NCBI GenBank assembly: GCA_946541745.1
Contig: CAMNJY010000001.1
Location: forward strand, 1 to 62,085
DNA length: 62,085 nucleotides
Source: an uncultured Prevotellaceae bacterium
Lineage (GTDB): Bacteria; Bacteroidota; Bacteroidia; Bacteroidales; Bacteroidaceae
Reading direction: 5' to 3'
Shown here: positions 44,191 to 55,038 of the stretch, in pieces
Position numbering within the stretch: the first letter of the stretch is position 1
How the letters are laid out: each line of letters begins with the position of its first letter
Position numbers and translations under genes: made by a program
The notes under the pieces: generated by a model
Databases searched by the model: none
Seen by the model: only the letters and a program-made list of their open reading frames with translations
What the model was told of the DNA's origin: nothing

Positions 44191-45366
44191 TTATCTAAAC
44201 AGGTCTTTGATGCCGTCCATGTCGAATGCCAGTGTGAAACGAAGGGTCTGGTCGAGGGGGTTGGAGCGGGCGGTAGAGATGACGTAGCCCACGTCGAGCG
44301 AGAAGACGCTCATGCGGAAGCCGCCGCCCACGGTGAAATATTTCAGGTTGCCCTTCGACTCAGCCTGGTGGTGATAGCCGGCGCGCAGCGAGAATTGGTC
44401 GTGGTAGACATACTCGGCACCTACCGACCACTGCACCTCCTCCAGTTCCTCCTTGAAGCCGTTGGGGGCGTCGCTGAAGCTCTGGAAAATACCCTTGATA
44501 GAACCCACGTCGCTATACTCGCGGCGTACGCGGTCCTGGTATTCTGAGTTGCTCTCGCCCTCTTCCTGCCGTGGCACGGTGGGCACCAGCAGCTTGTTGG
44601 CGTCGGCAGTGATGGTGAAGCGGTTGTACTCGTCGACGGGCACCATGAGCGCGGCGCCCAGGCGCAGGTTGGCCGGTATGAACTGGCTCTCTTCGTCGCC
44701 GTAGTACGAAATCTTGGAGCCGATGTTCCTCACGTTCATACCCAGTCCCAGCTGGCACTCGCGGTTGCCCAGCATGACGTAGTTGTTGTAGTACATGGCC
44801 AGGTCGGCGGCAAAGGCCGAGGCCGGCTTGGAGTCCTCGGAGTAGTCGAAACGCAGGTCGCTGTAAATCCAGCGTATGGCAGCGGCTATGGAGAAGGTTT
44901 CGCTGAGCATGAGCGAGTAGGCTGCGTCGAGCGACATCTCGTAGGGCTTGACGGTCATGTCGCTGTTGCCGTAGTCAGTGTAGACCTCGCCGAGCGAGAA
45001 GTAGCGCAGCGAGCCCGAGATGGCGGAGTAGTCGCCTATGCGGTAGTAGCCGGCCACGTAGGCCAGGTCGATGTCGTTGACCAGCTGTCGCAGCCACGGG
45101 GTGTAGTTCAGAGCCACCCCGGCGCGGCTGATGCAGAAGGGATATTTGGCGGGGTTCCAGTACTGCGAGTTGACATCGGGGTCGGTGGCCACGCCGACGT
45201 CGCCCAGACCGGCGCCTCTGGCGTCAGGGGCTATGGTTTCTGAGATGACGGCGTGCTCCACGGGGTTGAACATGGTGTTCTTCTCGTCTTCGTCGGCCCA
45301 GGCCTGTAGATTGAGCAAATGAACAAATGAGAGGATGATTATCAGTTTCTTCATAAATTCTTTCAT
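44191..45366 (-). CDS. porV: Type IX secretion system outer-membrane shuttle PorV
   Basis: IAPDARGAGLGDVGVAT.PD.NSQYWNPAKY, YTPWLRQLVNDI, SLRYFSLG, NPLDQTLRFTL; follows porU. Confidence 0.95.
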   Translation of the reverse strand: MKEFMKKLIIILSFVHLLNLQAWADEDEKNTMFNPVEHAVISETIAPDARGAGLGDVGVATDPDVNSQYWNPAKYPFCISRAGVALNYTPWLRQLVNDIDLAYVAGYYRIGDYSAISGSLRYFSLGEVYTDYGNSDMTVKPYEMSLDAAYSLMLSETFSIAAAIRWIYSDLRFDYSEDSKPASAFAADLAMYYNNYVMLGNRECQLGLGMNVRNIGSKISYYGDEESQFIPANLRLGAALMVPVDEYNRFTITADANKLLVPTVPRQEEGESNSEYQDRVRREYSDVGSIKGIFQSFSDAPNGFKEELEEVQWSVGAEYVYHDQFSLRAGYHHQAESKGNLKYFTVGGGFRMSVFSLDVGYVISTARSNPLDQTLRFTLAFDMDGIKDLFR

Positions 45367-45378
45367 ATTTTAAAGTTC

Positions 45379-48300
45379 TTATTTTCTCAGTATCACCATT
45401 TTCTTGGCCTTTGAGGCCTGCGTGCTGCCGTCGCTGCTCAGTGATGCCCGGAAGAGGTACACTCCCGTGTCTAAGCGGTGGCCGCCGCTGGTGGTGAGGT
45501 CCCAGTCGATGGCCAGCGACTGCGTGGCCGACACACCGCTTGCCGCCCGGCGCCACAAGTGCCTGCCTGAGGTGTCGAACACGTCGATGACCACGTCCAC
45601 CTGCGACCCCGCGCGGTCGTGGGTGACGATGAAGGTGGTCGAGGTGGTGGCGGGGTTCTTGGTGCAGTCTACGCTGAAGATGGTGGGCTCCTGGCCTTTG
45701 ACGACGTTGAACTGCAGCTCGGCGACCGACGAGTTGTTGAGCATGTCCCAGGCTCGGAACAGCAGATGGTGCTGGCCGGCGCTGAGTGTGGGCAGGCTGA
45801 AGTTGAGCGAGCCGCTGCGGTAGTCGCCGAAGTCGTACTGGAAGTAGCTGTTCAGCGAGTATGTCTGGGCCATCTGGCCGTCGATGATGAGTTCCAGGTC
45901 GTGGCCTATGCCGCCCCCGGAGGCGTTGATGCCGTCCTTGTCGCTCAGGTCGGCGTGGAAGAGGGGCGTGGTATTCACATCGTCGCCGTTGGTAAACGAA
46001 CTGCTGTTGAGGTAGCACCATATATTGGGTCCTATGCCGTCGTCGGCCAGGTCGGCGTTGCTGCTCATGGTGAACTGGTCGCTGTATCCCTGAGCCGTGC
46101 GCTGGTGGTCGTTGCTCAGTGCGTAGAGCGTCATGAGGCCAGTGCCGTCGTCGTAGCTGATGTCCTTGGGCAGTGTGAAGACCATCGAGAAGCGGCCCTG
46201 GCGCACGCTGTCGGTACCGGTGTAGAGGGTGTTGGGACGGTCGGTGAACACGTAGGCCGTGTCGGCGGCGCTGGTGTCGTTGAGCTTGCAGGTGACGGTC
46301 TGCTCAGTGTCGCGCACGGTCAGCGTCACCGTGCCGTTGAAGTCGGCCGCGCCCTCCACGTGGCCTTTCACGCTGACCGGGCGGCCTACCAGTATGTTGG
46401 TGGCGGCCGTGGCTGCCTTTCCGTCAATGCTGTCTACGACCACCTTCATGGCAGGCAGTGCCAGGGCCAGGGCGGGGTCGCCCAGGAGTGTGTACTGCAG
46501 CTTGTTGGCCGTGCGGTCTATGCCGATGTCGTTGCCTTGGTTGGCAGGCGTCATGAGCAGGTTCTTGGCCAGCCGGGCCGCCTCGCCCACGGCGTAGCGC
46601 CGTCCGCTGGCGTCAGTGCCGAGTGCGTAGCGGGTGAAGGCGCGGTTCATATACTGGTTGTAGTGGGCGTAGACGGTGCGCGTGGTGCCATAGAAGGCCA
46701 CGGCGCCGCCGTTCTTGTTGAGGATGGTGGTCTCGCCGATGTTTTCCTCCTGGCCGTCGAAGGGCATGATGTCGCACGAGGCCGTCAGCCACAGCGGCTG
46801 TGCCGTCGACGTGGAGGCGGCAAAGTCGGCCAGTTTCAGCACCTGCTCGTGCGACATGGTGTAGGGTGCGCCGTGGCCGGTGTAGTTCATGATGAGTGCG
46901 CCTGTCTGCATCTGCTGCTTGATGAGCTGTGTGACGTCGGGGTAGCTGAAGCCTGTTGACGACGACTGCCGCTGGTAGGCGTCCCAGTAGATTTTCTTCA
47001 GGTTGAGCGCGGGGTGGTCGTTGGCCACCATGCGTGCCACGGTTTCTGCGTCGTTCATGTGGCGGTTGTTGTCGCCGTCGTCGCCCATGAAGCAGATGGT
47101 GTTCTGCCACGGGCCGGCATGCTCGTTGTTGAGGTAGCTGACGGTCTTGTCGACCATGATCTGGGCCTGCGCCTCGTCGCGCACCGGGAATCGGCCCACG
47201 GCCACGTCGCTCTTGTCGCTGTAGGTCAGCGAGGCCCCCTCGCCGTTGTCCATCAGGCAGAAGTAGTCGTCGGTGACGTAGCAGTCGGTCTCGCTGAAGG
47301 AGTTCTCGCTCTCGTAGCAGAGCAGGAAATCGTCGGGCGAGTAGTTGCGCCACTCTGCGGTGAGCATGCGGTTGTCCCAGGCCCCGTCGCCGAAGAGCAG
47401 CAGGTAGCGCGGCAGGTCGGCGTCGGTCTCAGCCCTGTCGTAGAGCATCTTCAGGTAGCGGCGGTAGGCGTTGGCGTCGGGGGTGCCGCTGCTGAACTCG
47501 TTGAAGAGCTCGTCGGCGGGCACTATGCTCACCCGCAGCGAGTCGTGCTGCCGGTGGTAGTCGGCCAGTCTCTGGGCCTGTGTCAGCAGTTTCTGCGTGG
47601 TGGGAATGATGATGACCATGTCGGCCGCCGGGTCGCCGTGGTGGTTCTGGTTGGTGATGTTGTACACGTAGTCGGGCGAGGGTAGGGTGGCAGCCGACAG
47701 GTCAGGCCACGGCTTGGGCGTGTCGAACCGCAGTGCCACATAGTCGAGCCGCATGTTGCCGCCGGCGGTCTGCTCAATGGTCACCTCGTTGGCTGCCAGC
47801 AGGGGCTCGGCGATGGTGAAGCTCTGGGTGGTCACCACAGCGCGGCTGTAGCGGTCGACGCTGGATGCCAGCCGCAACTGTCCCACCTCCTGGCCGTTGA
47901 CGGAAACCGTGGCTGTGCAGGGTGCGTCATAGCTCATGACCACTGTCAGCTGTCCGGTGGCGCCGGCCGGGGCGTCTATCTGGTAGGTGCGCTTCGTGCC
48001 GGTGCCGTAGAGCCGGCTGTCGTAGAGGTTGCGCCCGCCGTGGTACCATGAGTAGTCGTCTACCTCGTAGAGCGAGTGGTAGTCGTCGGCTGAGGGGTAG
48101 TGGGCGGCCTGGAAGTCGGCCTCGCTCTGCGTGAGGGCTTCGTTGTCGTTTTCGGTGATGAAGTAGCAGCCCGTGCTGCTGTAGGGATTGCGGGTGCGGG
48201 TAGTGGCCGTGTTGCTGTCCCAGCTGACGGGGCCTGTGGCGTAGAACAGCCTGCGGCTGCCGACGGTGCAGGTAGGCACCTCCTGCAGGTCGTCGGTCCG

Positions 48301-48927
48301 GGCCAGGTAGTCGGCCGTCAGCTGCTCAGGCTGCAGGGCGCCGCCGTAGCCGTAGACCTTCACCTTGCTCAAGTCGCTGAACCCCGCCTTGCGGATCAGG
48401 GCGTCGGTGAGCTGGTAGACGCCCGTTGCCGGCACGCTGATCTTGGCCCACCGGCCACTGGCCAGAACCGACGAGTCGGCATAGGCAGCCTCGCCGGCCG
48501 CTTTGGCCCTGAGCGTTCTGGCGCTGTGGGCCTTGTGGCCTTCCACCCTGAGCATGAAGCTGACCAGCTTCTGGTACTTGCCGTCGCGAAACACTAACGG
48601 CACGAACGACACGTAGAGCGTGCCCTGCCGACGCGACACGCCGACATACTGCTCCACCGTGGGCAGGGCGGGCAGCGGCTGGTCGGTGATCTGCCGCAGC
48701 CGGGCCACGTCGCCCTCGGTCATATCAATAAACTCGGGGTATTCAATAGTAGCGGTGTAGGAGGAGTCGGCGTAGGCTACGCCCAACTCACGGGTGTAGG
48801 TAAACAAGGGCAGCACCGAGTCGACCCTGACCTCCCGGGCGGTCAGGTTGAAGAACTCCTGCGCTTGCGCCGTCGCACCCAGCAGTAGGAGAGCCACACT
48901 CATGATGAGTCTGCTAACATGTTCCAT
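45379..48927 (-). CDS. porU: Type IX secretion system sortase PorU (peptidase C25)
   Basis: SVLASGRWAKI, NEFSSGTPDA.A.RRYLKMLYDR, YLLLFGD, NYTGHG, TASC, LLGDPAL, GIGHDL, RAWD..NN. Confidence 0.95.
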   Translation of the reverse strand: MEHVSRLIMSVALLLLGATAQAQEFFNLTAREVRVDSVLPLFTYTRELGVAYADSSYTATIEYPEFIDMTEGDVARLRQITDQPLPALPTVEQYVGVSRRQGTLYVSFVPLVFRDGKYQKLVSFMLRVEGHKAHSARTLRAKAAGEAAYADSSVLASGRWAKISVPATGVYQLTDALIRKAGFSDLSKVKVYGYGGALQPEQLTADYLARTDDLQEVPTCTVGSRRLFYATGPVSWDSNTATTRTRNPYSSTGCYFITENDNEALTQSEADFQAAHYPSADDYHSLYEVDDYSWYHGGRNLYDSRLYGTGTKRTYQIDAPAGATGQLTVVMSYDAPCTATVSVNGQEVGQLRLASSVDRYSRAVVTTQSFTIAEPLLAANEVTIEQTAGGNMRLDYVALRFDTPKPWPDLSAATLPSPDYVYNITNQNHHGDPAADMVIIIPTTQKLLTQAQRLADYHRQHDSLRVSIVPADELFNEFSSGTPDANAYRRYLKMLYDRAETDADLPRYLLLFGDGAWDNRMLTAEWRNYSPDDFLLCYESENSFSETDCYVTDDYFCLMDNGEGASLTYSDKSDVAVGRFPVRDEAQAQIMVDKTVSYLNNEHAGPWQNTICFMGDDGDNNRHMNDAETVARMVANDHPALNLKKIYWDAYQRQSSSTGFSYPDVTQLIKQQMQTGALIMNYTGHGAPYTMSHEQVLKLADFAASTSTAQPLWLTASCDIMPFDGQEENIGETTILNKNGGAVAFYGTTRTVYAHYNQYMNRAFTRYALGTDASGRRYAVGEAARLAKNLLMTPANQGNDIGIDRTANKLQYTLLGDPALALALPAMKVVVDSIDGKAATAATNILVGRPVSVKGHVEGAADFNGTVTLTVRDTEQTVTCKLNDTSAADTAYVFTDRPNTLYTGTDSVRQGRFSMVFTLPKDISYDDGTGLMTLYALSNDHQRTAQGYSDQFTMSSNADLADDGIGPNIWCYLNSSSFTNGDDVNTTPLFHADLSDKDGINASGGGIGHDLELIIDGQMAQTYSLNSYFQYDFGDYRSGSLNFSLPTLSAGQHHLLFRAWDMLNNSSVAELQFNVVKGQEPTIFSVDCTKNPATTSTTFIVTHDRAGSQVDVVIDVFDTSGRHLWRRAASGVSATQSLAIDWDLTTSGGHRLDTGVYLFRASLSSDGSTQASKAKKMVILRK

Positions 48928-49008
48928 CAGTCATAATAACGCTGACGGTCCCCGTTTTATTGTCTGCCGGGTGTTGTATTTGCAAATAGTAACGTAGTGT
49001 AGCGGCGC

Positions 49009-49701
49009 TCAGCCCATCAGTATGGAGAACAGCTCCTTCATGCCGGCCGAGGCTCCCTTCTGTATCTGCGTGACGTGCTCGCCGGCGGCAATGGGGTTGG
49101 GGTCGATCAGGTAGATTGGCGTTGAGGGCCGTGCGTAGTGCAGCAGCCCGGCGGCGGGGTAGACGTTGAGCGAGGTGCCTATGACAATCATGATGTCGGC
49201 CTGCTGCACCACGTCGGCGGCCACGGTGATATTGGGCACCGCCTCGCCGAAGAAGACGATGAAGGGCCGCAGCAGCGAGCCGTCGCCGGCCTTGGTGCCG
49301 GGAGCCACCTCGCAGTTGTCGGGGGTAAGGGTTATCTGATAGCGGGGGTCGTCAACGTCGCGGCTGGAGCATACCTTCATCAGCTCGCCGTGCAGGTGGA
49401 TGACTTTCTTGGAGCCGGCCTGCTCATGCAGATTGTCAACGTTCTGGGTGACGACGGTCACGTCGTACTGCCGTTCCAGGGCAGCTACCAGCCGGTGGCC
49501 CTCGTTGGGCTTGACGCCCCAGCACTTCTTGCGCAGCATGTTGTAAAAATTAGTCACCAGCGTGGGGTCGGCCTCCCAGCCCTCGTGGGTAGCCACCTGG
49601 GCTACGGGGTACTCCTCCCACAGACCGTCGGCATCGCGGAAAGTCTTCAGCCCGCTCTCCACCGACATGCCTGCACCTGTCAATACTACAATCTTTTTCA
49701 T
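49009..49701 (-). CDS. cobB: NAD-dependent protein deacylase (sirtuin)
   Basis: VLTGAGMS.ESGL.TFRD, TQNVDNLHEQAGS, HLHG, LRP.IV.FGE, IGTSL.VYPAAGL. Confidence 0.95.
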   Translation of the reverse strand: MKKIVVLTGAGMSVESGLKTFRDADGLWEEYPVAQVATHEGWEADPTLVTNFYNMLRKKCWGVKPNEGHRLVAALERQYDVTVVTQNVDNLHEQAGSKKVIHLHGELMKVCSSRDVDDPRYQITLTPDNCEVAPGTKAGDGSLLRPFIVFFGEAVPNITVAADVVQQADIMIVIGTSLNVYPAAGLLHYARPSTPIYLIDPNPIAAGEHVTQIQKGASAGMKELFSILMG

Positions 49702-49858
49702 AAGCATAAACGTTTTGTTTTGTGCAAATATACATATTAAATGTCAAAAGGACACCGTCTTTAACTCCTTTTAACTCCTTTGACGGCTCTAACTGCTTAA
49801 AAAATTGTACCTTTGCGCCGATTTTCGAAGATTTATACATTATTTATTAAGAGAAAGC

Positions 49859-50464
49859 ATGGATAAAGTGAGTTACGCCCTTGGCTTGGGCTTGAGCCAG
49901 CAGTTGATACAGATGGGTATTCAGGAACTGAACATCGACGATTTCGCACAGGCTATCAAGGACGTTGTCAATGGTGCCGAGCGCAAGATACCTCAGCGCG
50001 AGGCGCAGCAGATAGTGCAGGAGTACTTCCAGAAACAGGAAGCCAAGATCAATGCCCAGCGTGCTGAGCAGGGCAAGATGTTCAAGGAGGCCGGTGAGAA
50101 GTACCTGGCCGACAATGCCCGGAAAGACGGTGTCGTCACCCTGCCCAGCGGCTTGCAGTACCAGGTACTGAAGGAGGGCAACGGCCGCAAGCCTACGGCC
50201 AAGGACACGGTGATGTGCCATTACGAAGGTTTCCTCATCGACGGTACGGTGTTTGATTCGAGCATCCAGCGCGGCGAGCCCGCCACGTTCCCCCTGCAGC
50301 AGGTGATAGCCGGCTGGACTGAGGGTCTGCAGCTGATGCAGGAGGGGGCCAAATACCGCTTCTTCATTCCCTACCGCCTGGCCTACGGCGAGAATGGTGC
50401 CGGCGCGTCTATCCCCCCGTTCTCGGCCCTGGTGTTCGACGTAGAGCTGATTCAGGTGGTTTGA
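49859..50464 (+). CDS. FKBP-type peptidyl-prolyl cis-trans isomerase
   Basis: MDKVSYALG, LPSGLQY.VL.EG.G, HYEG.LIDGTVFDSS, VIAGWTEGLQLM. Promoter box TACCTTTG at 49808-49815. Confidence 0.95.
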   Translation: MDKVSYALGLGLSQQLIQMGIQELNIDDFAQAIKDVVNGAERKIPQREAQQIVQEYFQKQEAKINAQRAEQGKMFKEAGEKYLADNARKDGVVTLPSGLQYQVLKEGNGRKPTAKDTVMCHYEGFLIDGTVFDSSIQRGEPATFPLQQVIAGWTEGLQLMQEGAKYRFFIPYRLAYGENGAGASIPPFSALVFDVELIQVV

Positions 50465-50546
50465 AAAGCCTCGTCGTATCTGCCGTCGTCATATCGACAT
50501 ATCGGAATATCGACACATTAAAATAATAAAAAAGCAAAACAAAACA

Positions 50547-51425
50547 ATGAAAAAGTTAAGTATCGTAGCCGCTATGGCTATTGTGGCCGCCGGGTTCACC
50601 GCCTGCGGCAATGGTGCTCCGAAGGCCAGCCTGAAGAGCGATGTCGACTCTATGAGCTATGCTATCGGCATGGCCCAGACCCAGGGTCTGAAAGAGTATC
50701 TCGTTGACCGTCTTGGCGTGGACACCGCCAACATCGGCGAGTTCATCAAGGGCTTGAACGAGGGCGCCAACGCCGGCGACAACAAGAAGAAGGCCGCCTA
50801 CTATGCCGGTATCCAGATTGGCCAGCAGATTTCCAACCAGATGGTGAAGGGCATCAACCACGAGGTGTTTGGCGAGGACTCTACGAAGACCATCTCGCTG
50901 AAGAACTTCATGGCCGGATTCATCAGCGGTACCACCGGCAAGGAGGGCCTGATGACCATGGAGCAGGCCCAGACCGTGGCTCAGACCAAGATGCAGGAAA
51001 TCAAGGCCCGCGAGCTTGAGAAGACCTACGGCGCCAACAAGAAGGAGGGCGAGGACTTCCTGGCCGCCAACGCCAAGAAAGAGGGCGTGAAGACGCTGGC
51101 CAACGGCGTGCAGTACCGCGTCATCAAGGAGGGCAACGGCGCCATCCCCGCCGACACGTCGCTCGTGAAGGTTCACTACGAGGGCCGTCTGCTGAACGAC
51201 TCCGTGTTCGACAGCAGCTACAAGCGCGGCGAGCCCATCACCCTGCGCTGCAACCAGACCATCAAGGGCTGGACCGAGGCCATGAAGCACATGCCCGCCG
51301 GCTCTATCTGGGAGGTGTGGATTCCCCAGGACCAGGCCTATGCCGAGCGCGAGCAGGGCATCATCAAGCCTTTCTCGGTGCTGAAATTCAAGATTGAGCT
51401 GTTAGAGGTAAATCCTAAGAAGTAA
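50547..51425 (+). CDS. FKBP-type PPIase, lipoprotein
   Basis: Lipobox FTAC, DSMSYAIG, VHYEG.L....FDSS, IKGWTEA. Confidence 0.95.
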   Translation: MKKLSIVAAMAIVAAGFTACGNGAPKASLKSDVDSMSYAIGMAQTQGLKEYLVDRLGVDTANIGEFIKGLNEGANAGDNKKKAAYYAGIQIGQQISNQMVKGINHEVFGEDSTKTISLKNFMAGFISGTTGKEGLMTMEQAQTVAQTKMQEIKARELEKTYGANKKEGEDFLAANAKKEGVKTLANGVQYRVIKEGNGAIPADTSLVKVHYEGRLLNDSVFDSSYKRGEPITLRCNQTIKGWTEAMKHMPAGSIWEVWIPQDQAYAEREQGIIKPFSVLKFKIELLEVNPKK

Positions 51426-51428
51426 GTC

Positions 51429-52433
51429 ATGAAGAAAGTCGTACTTTTAGCACTCGCTGTCGTGGCGAGTGCTTCTTTTTGCACAGTAGATGCCAAAAAG
51501 AAGAAAAAGGAGAATGTGAAGGCTACCCCCGTCGTGGTGCCTGTGGAACTGAAGACCAGCAGCGACTCCGTGAGCTATGCCGCCGGCATGACCATCACCA
51601 ACGGTCTGATGAGCTTTCTGAAGCAGCAGCACGGCATCGACTCTACCAACATCGGCACGTTCCTGGCCTCGTTCGAAGAGGTCATCAAGGCCGGCGAGTC
51701 GCCCGAGGCCAAGGCCCGTGTGGCCGGCGTCGAGATAGCCAGCCAGGTGCGCGGCCGCATGCTCGCAGGCATCAGCGGTGAGTTCAAGGACTCCCCGGAC
51801 TCTATCGAGGCCGACCTCTTCTACCGCGGCTTCATCGACGCCATGAAGCAGGACACCACCCACTTCAGACAGGCCGCTGCCGAAAGCTATTTCAGAGAGA
51901 AGTCGGAGGCCGACAAGAAGGCTAAGGAGGAGAAACTCTATGGCCCCAACCGCGACGCCGGCATCAAGTTCCTCAAGGAGAACGCCCAGAAGGAGGGTGT
52001 CATCACCACGCCCAGCGGCCTGCAGTACAAGGTGCTGGTGAAGGGCGAGGGGCAGGTGCCTCAGCTGACCGACAAGGTGCAGGTAAACTATGAGGGCCGC
52101 CTCGTTGACGGCACCGTGTTCGACGCTTCTAAGAAGCATGGCGACAAGCCCGCCGAGTTCCGTGCCGACCAGGTTATCAAGGGCTGGACCGAGGCCCTGA
52201 CCATGATGCCCGTAGGCTCCAAGTGGCAGCTCTATATACCCCAGGAGCTGGCCTACGGCGAGCGCAACATGGGTAACATCAAACCCTACTCGGCCCTCGT
52301 CTTCGACGTAGAGCTGGTAGGCATCGTGGGCGACAAGACCGCCGAGCCCGCCCCCGCCGCCAAGACCGCCGCCAAGACCGCCGCTAAGCCTGCCGCCAAG
52401 AAAACGGTCAGGAAAACGGCCAGAAAGAAGTAG
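51429..52433 (+). CDS. FKBP-type PPIase, exported
   Basis: [38 protein letters not shown]; Lys/Ala-rich tail. Confidence 0.95.
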   Translation: MKKVVLLALAVVASASFCTVDAKKKKKENVKATPVVVPVELKTSSDSVSYAAGMTITNGLMSFLKQQHGIDSTNIGTFLASFEEVIKAGESPEAKARVAGVEIASQVRGRMLAGISGEFKDSPDSIEADLFYRGFIDAMKQDTTHFRQAAAESYFREKSEADKKAKEEKLYGPNRDAGIKFLKENAQKEGVITTPSGLQYKVLVKGEGQVPQLTDKVQVNYEGRLVDGTVFDASKKHGDKPAEFRADQVIKGWTEALTMMPVGSKWQLYIPQELAYGERNMGNIKPYSALVFDVELVGIVGDKTAEPAPAAKTAAKTAAKPAAKKTVRKTARKK

Positions 52434-52451
52434 ACGGTGATGAAATTTTTG

Positions 52452-52492
52452 AAAAATAAAGCGAAACTGCATTCCAGTTTCGCTTTATTTTT
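52452..52492 (+). terminator. Intrinsic terminator after the FKBP cluster, abutting the next -7 box (TAACTTTG 52494-52501)
   Basis: Perfect 18-bp stem AAAAATAAAGCGAAACTG / CAGTTTCGCTTTATTTTT with a 5-nt loop. Confidence 0.8.
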
Positions 52493-52538
52493 GTAACTTT
52501 GCGCCATCAATAAAAATTACTAACCAACAGAACAACGT

Positions 52539-55019
52539 ATGAAGACAAGAACCCTTTCGCTCTTAGCGGTGCTCACGGCGGCTACCTCCATGCTGGCCCA
52601 GGTGACCATCGACATCGACGCCAACCTGCGCGGCCCGAAGATCAGCCCCACGCACTACGGCATCTTCTTTGAGGACATTAACCACGCCGCCGACGGCGGC
52701 ATCTACGCCGAGCTTATCCGCAACCGCTCCTTCGAGGACGGGCCGGAATACGGCAAGCCCGCCGACATGCAGCACTGGGCTGCCTACACCGAAGCACCCT
52801 CGCGAGTCACGGCCCGCTTGATTCAGTCCGCCAAGAAGACACCTCTGCTGAACAGCGCCCAGCAGAACGCGCTGGAACTGACCGTCGACGCATCGGCCAG
52901 CCAGCCCGCCCGCCTTATCAACGAAGGCTACTGGGGCATCAACGCTGTGCAAGGGCGTACCTACAAGCTGTCCTTCTGGCTCAAAGGCACCTATAAGGGC
53001 ACCATCAAGGCCTGCCTCTTCAAGGGTAGCACCATCCTGGCGGAAACCACCGTCTCGCCCTACGGCATGCAGGAGAAGAAAGGCTATACCTATAAGCAGT
53101 GGACAAAGTTGACCGCCGAGATGACCGCCGAGCAGAACGACCCGCAGGCGTTGTTCGCCTTAGTGTTCGACGGTAAGGGCACCCTGCAGCTTGACGTCGT
53201 CAGCCTGTTCCCGCCGACATGGAAGAACCGCGAGAACGGCCTGCGCCCCGACCTGGCCCAGATGCTCTACGAGATGCGGCCTAAGTTCATGCGATTCCCC
53301 GGCGGCTGCTTCGTAGAGGGCCAGATCTCGCCCGAGAACGCCTTCCGCTGGGAGCGCACCATAGGCCCTATCGAGGAGCGGCCCGGCCACTGGAACGTCA
53401 ACTGGGGCTACCGCACCACCGACGGCATTGGCTATCATGAGTATCTGCAGATGGCCGAGGACTTAGGCGCCAAGCCCCTCTACGTGGTCAACGTGGGACT
53501 GTGGCACGGCGGACAGACGCCCGTTGACTCGCTGCAGCCCTGGATAGACGAGACGCTCGCCGCCATAGAGTATGCCAACGGCCCGGTGACGTCGAAGTAT
53601 GGCGCCCTGCGTGCCAGGAACGGCCACCCCGCGCCCTTCAACTTGGAATTCCTCGAGATAGGCAACGAGAACAACCAGCCCGACCCGCGCCAGCAGAGCG
53701 ACCACTATTATGATAGGTACGCGAAGTTCCGCGAGGCCATCCTGGCCAAATACCCGCAGATGAAGCTTATTGGCAACGTCGTGGCCTGGGGCGACGACAA
53801 CCCCAAGTGGGAGTCCACCCTGCCCGTCGACCTGCTCGACGAGCACTACTACCGCACGCCGGGGTGGTTCAGCGACGCCTTCCGCAAGTATGACGCCTAC
53901 CCCCGCACGCTGCCCAACGGCCAGCCCGCTCCAAGGATTTATGTGGGCGAATATGCCGTGACCAACGGCTTCGGCGACCTGGGCAACATGAACGCCGCCT
54001 TGGGCGAGGCTGTCTACATGATGGGTATGGAGAACAACTCCGACATCGTGCCGCTGAACAGCTATGCCCCCATCTTCGTCAACGAGAACGACGCCCGCTG
54101 GCGTCCCGACATGATACGCTTCTCGTCGAGCCGCGTCATGGGCACCCCGTCGTACTACGTGCAGATGCTCATGCCCCGCAACGTGGGCACGCAGGTGGTG
54201 AAGGTCAGCCAGCAGAACCCCTACCAGGCCGCCGCCCTCCGGAAGTCGGTCACCCCGGCCAGGAGCCGCGTGGGCTACGCCACATGGGGCACCAAGGCGT
54301 CCTACACCCACATGGACCCGCTGCCCAAGACGGGCAAGCCCCAGACCGTCAGCGGCCAGTGGCAGATGGCCGGCGACGTGCTCAGCCAGCAGAGCCTGCG
54401 TGAGCAGTGCGTGGCCCTGTGTACGGCCGAGGTGGGCGACCACTATACCGTGAAGTGCCGCGCCCGCAAGGATGACGGCGCCGAGGGCTTTATCATCGTC
54501 TTCAACTACGTAGACCCCCAGCACTACTGCTGGGTGAACTTCGGCGGATGGGGCAACACGCAGCACGGCATAGAGCAGATCAGTAGTGGCGGCAAGTCGC
54601 AGACCGCCACTAAGCGGGGCCGCGTGGAGCAGGGCCGCTGGTACGACGTGACGCTCACCGTGGCCGGCGACAGCGTCAAGGCATGGCTGGACAAGGAGCT
54701 GGTGTTCGACACTGTGCTGAAGCACGACACGTCGACGGGCATCTTCTCCAGCGCCACCATCGACGAGCCTACGGGCGAGATGATTGTCAAGGTGGTCAAC
54801 TCGCAGGACGAGGGCACCACCGCCCGCATCAACCTGCAGAACTTCCCGGTGAAGAGCGCCAAGCTCATCCGCCTGCGCGCCAACTCGGGCTACGATGAGA
54901 ACACCCTGCAGCAGCCCACCCACATCAGCCCCACGGAGCACGAGCTGAGTCCCGACTGCAACAGCGTGGAGCTGGAGCTGCCGCCCTATTCGCTCAACAT
55001 CGTACGCATCAGGAAGTAG
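52539..55019 (+). CDS. GH51 alpha-L-arabinofuranosidase
   Basis: GIFFEDINHAADGGIYAELIRNRSFE, RFPGGCFVEG, EIGNEN, DEHYY, YVGEYA, SYAP, PSYYVQ. Confidence 0.93.
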   Translation: MKTRTLSLLAVLTAATSMLAQVTIDIDANLRGPKISPTHYGIFFEDINHAADGGIYAELIRNRSFEDGPEYGKPADMQHWAAYTEAPSRVTARLIQSAKKTPLLNSAQQNALELTVDASASQPARLINEGYWGINAVQGRTYKLSFWLKGTYKGTIKACLFKGSTILAETTVSPYGMQEKKGYTYKQWTKLTAEMTAEQNDPQALFALVFDGKGTLQLDVVSLFPPTWKNRENGLRPDLAQMLYEMRPKFMRFPGGCFVEGQISPENAFRWERTIGPIEERPGHWNVNWGYRTTDGIGYHEYLQMAEDLGAKPLYVVNVGLWHGGQTPVDSLQPWIDETLAAIEYANGPVTSKYGALRARNGHPAPFNLEFLEIGNENNQPDPRQQSDHYYDRYAKFREAILAKYPQMKLIGNVVAWGDDNPKWESTLPVDLLDEHYYRTPGWFSDAFRKYDAYPRTLPNGQPAPRIYVGEYAVTNGFGDLGNMNAALGEAVYMMGMENNSDIVPLNSYAPIFVNENDARWRPDMIRFSSSRVMGTPSYYVQMLMPRNVGTQVVKVSQQNPYQAAALRKSVTPARSRVGYATWGTKASYTHMDPLPKTGKPQTVSGQWQMAGDVLSQQSLREQCVALCTAEVGDHYTVKCRARKDDGAEGFIIVFNYVDPQHYCWVNFGGWGNTQHGIEQISSGGKSQTATKRGRVEQGRWYDVTLTVAGDSVKAWLDKELVFDTVLKHDTSTGIFSSATIDEPTGEMIVKVVNSQDEGTTARINLQNFPVKSAKLIRLRANSGYDENTLQQPTHISPTEHELSPDCNSVELELPPYSLNIVRIRK

Positions 55020-55038
55020 CAATGTGAGGAGTTTGACT

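Noticed and set aside
43720..44195. Classical IS with target-site duplication at the DUF559 cassette
   Set aside because: No DDE or HUH transposase motifs and no flanking direct repeat seen; mobility remains an inference.
49009..49701. Sir2 protein as an anti-phage (Thoeris/DSR) component
   Set aside because: It is a short canonical CobB-type sirtuin in a housekeeping context with no defence partners.
52340..52430. GCCGCCAAGACC repeats, and the PEPK repeats in OmpA near 1960-2050
   Set aside because: Ordinary low-complexity protein tails and linkers.
49859..52433. Three tandem FKBP genes as a novel system
   Set aside because: Adjacent FKBP paralogues are common in Bacteroidales.
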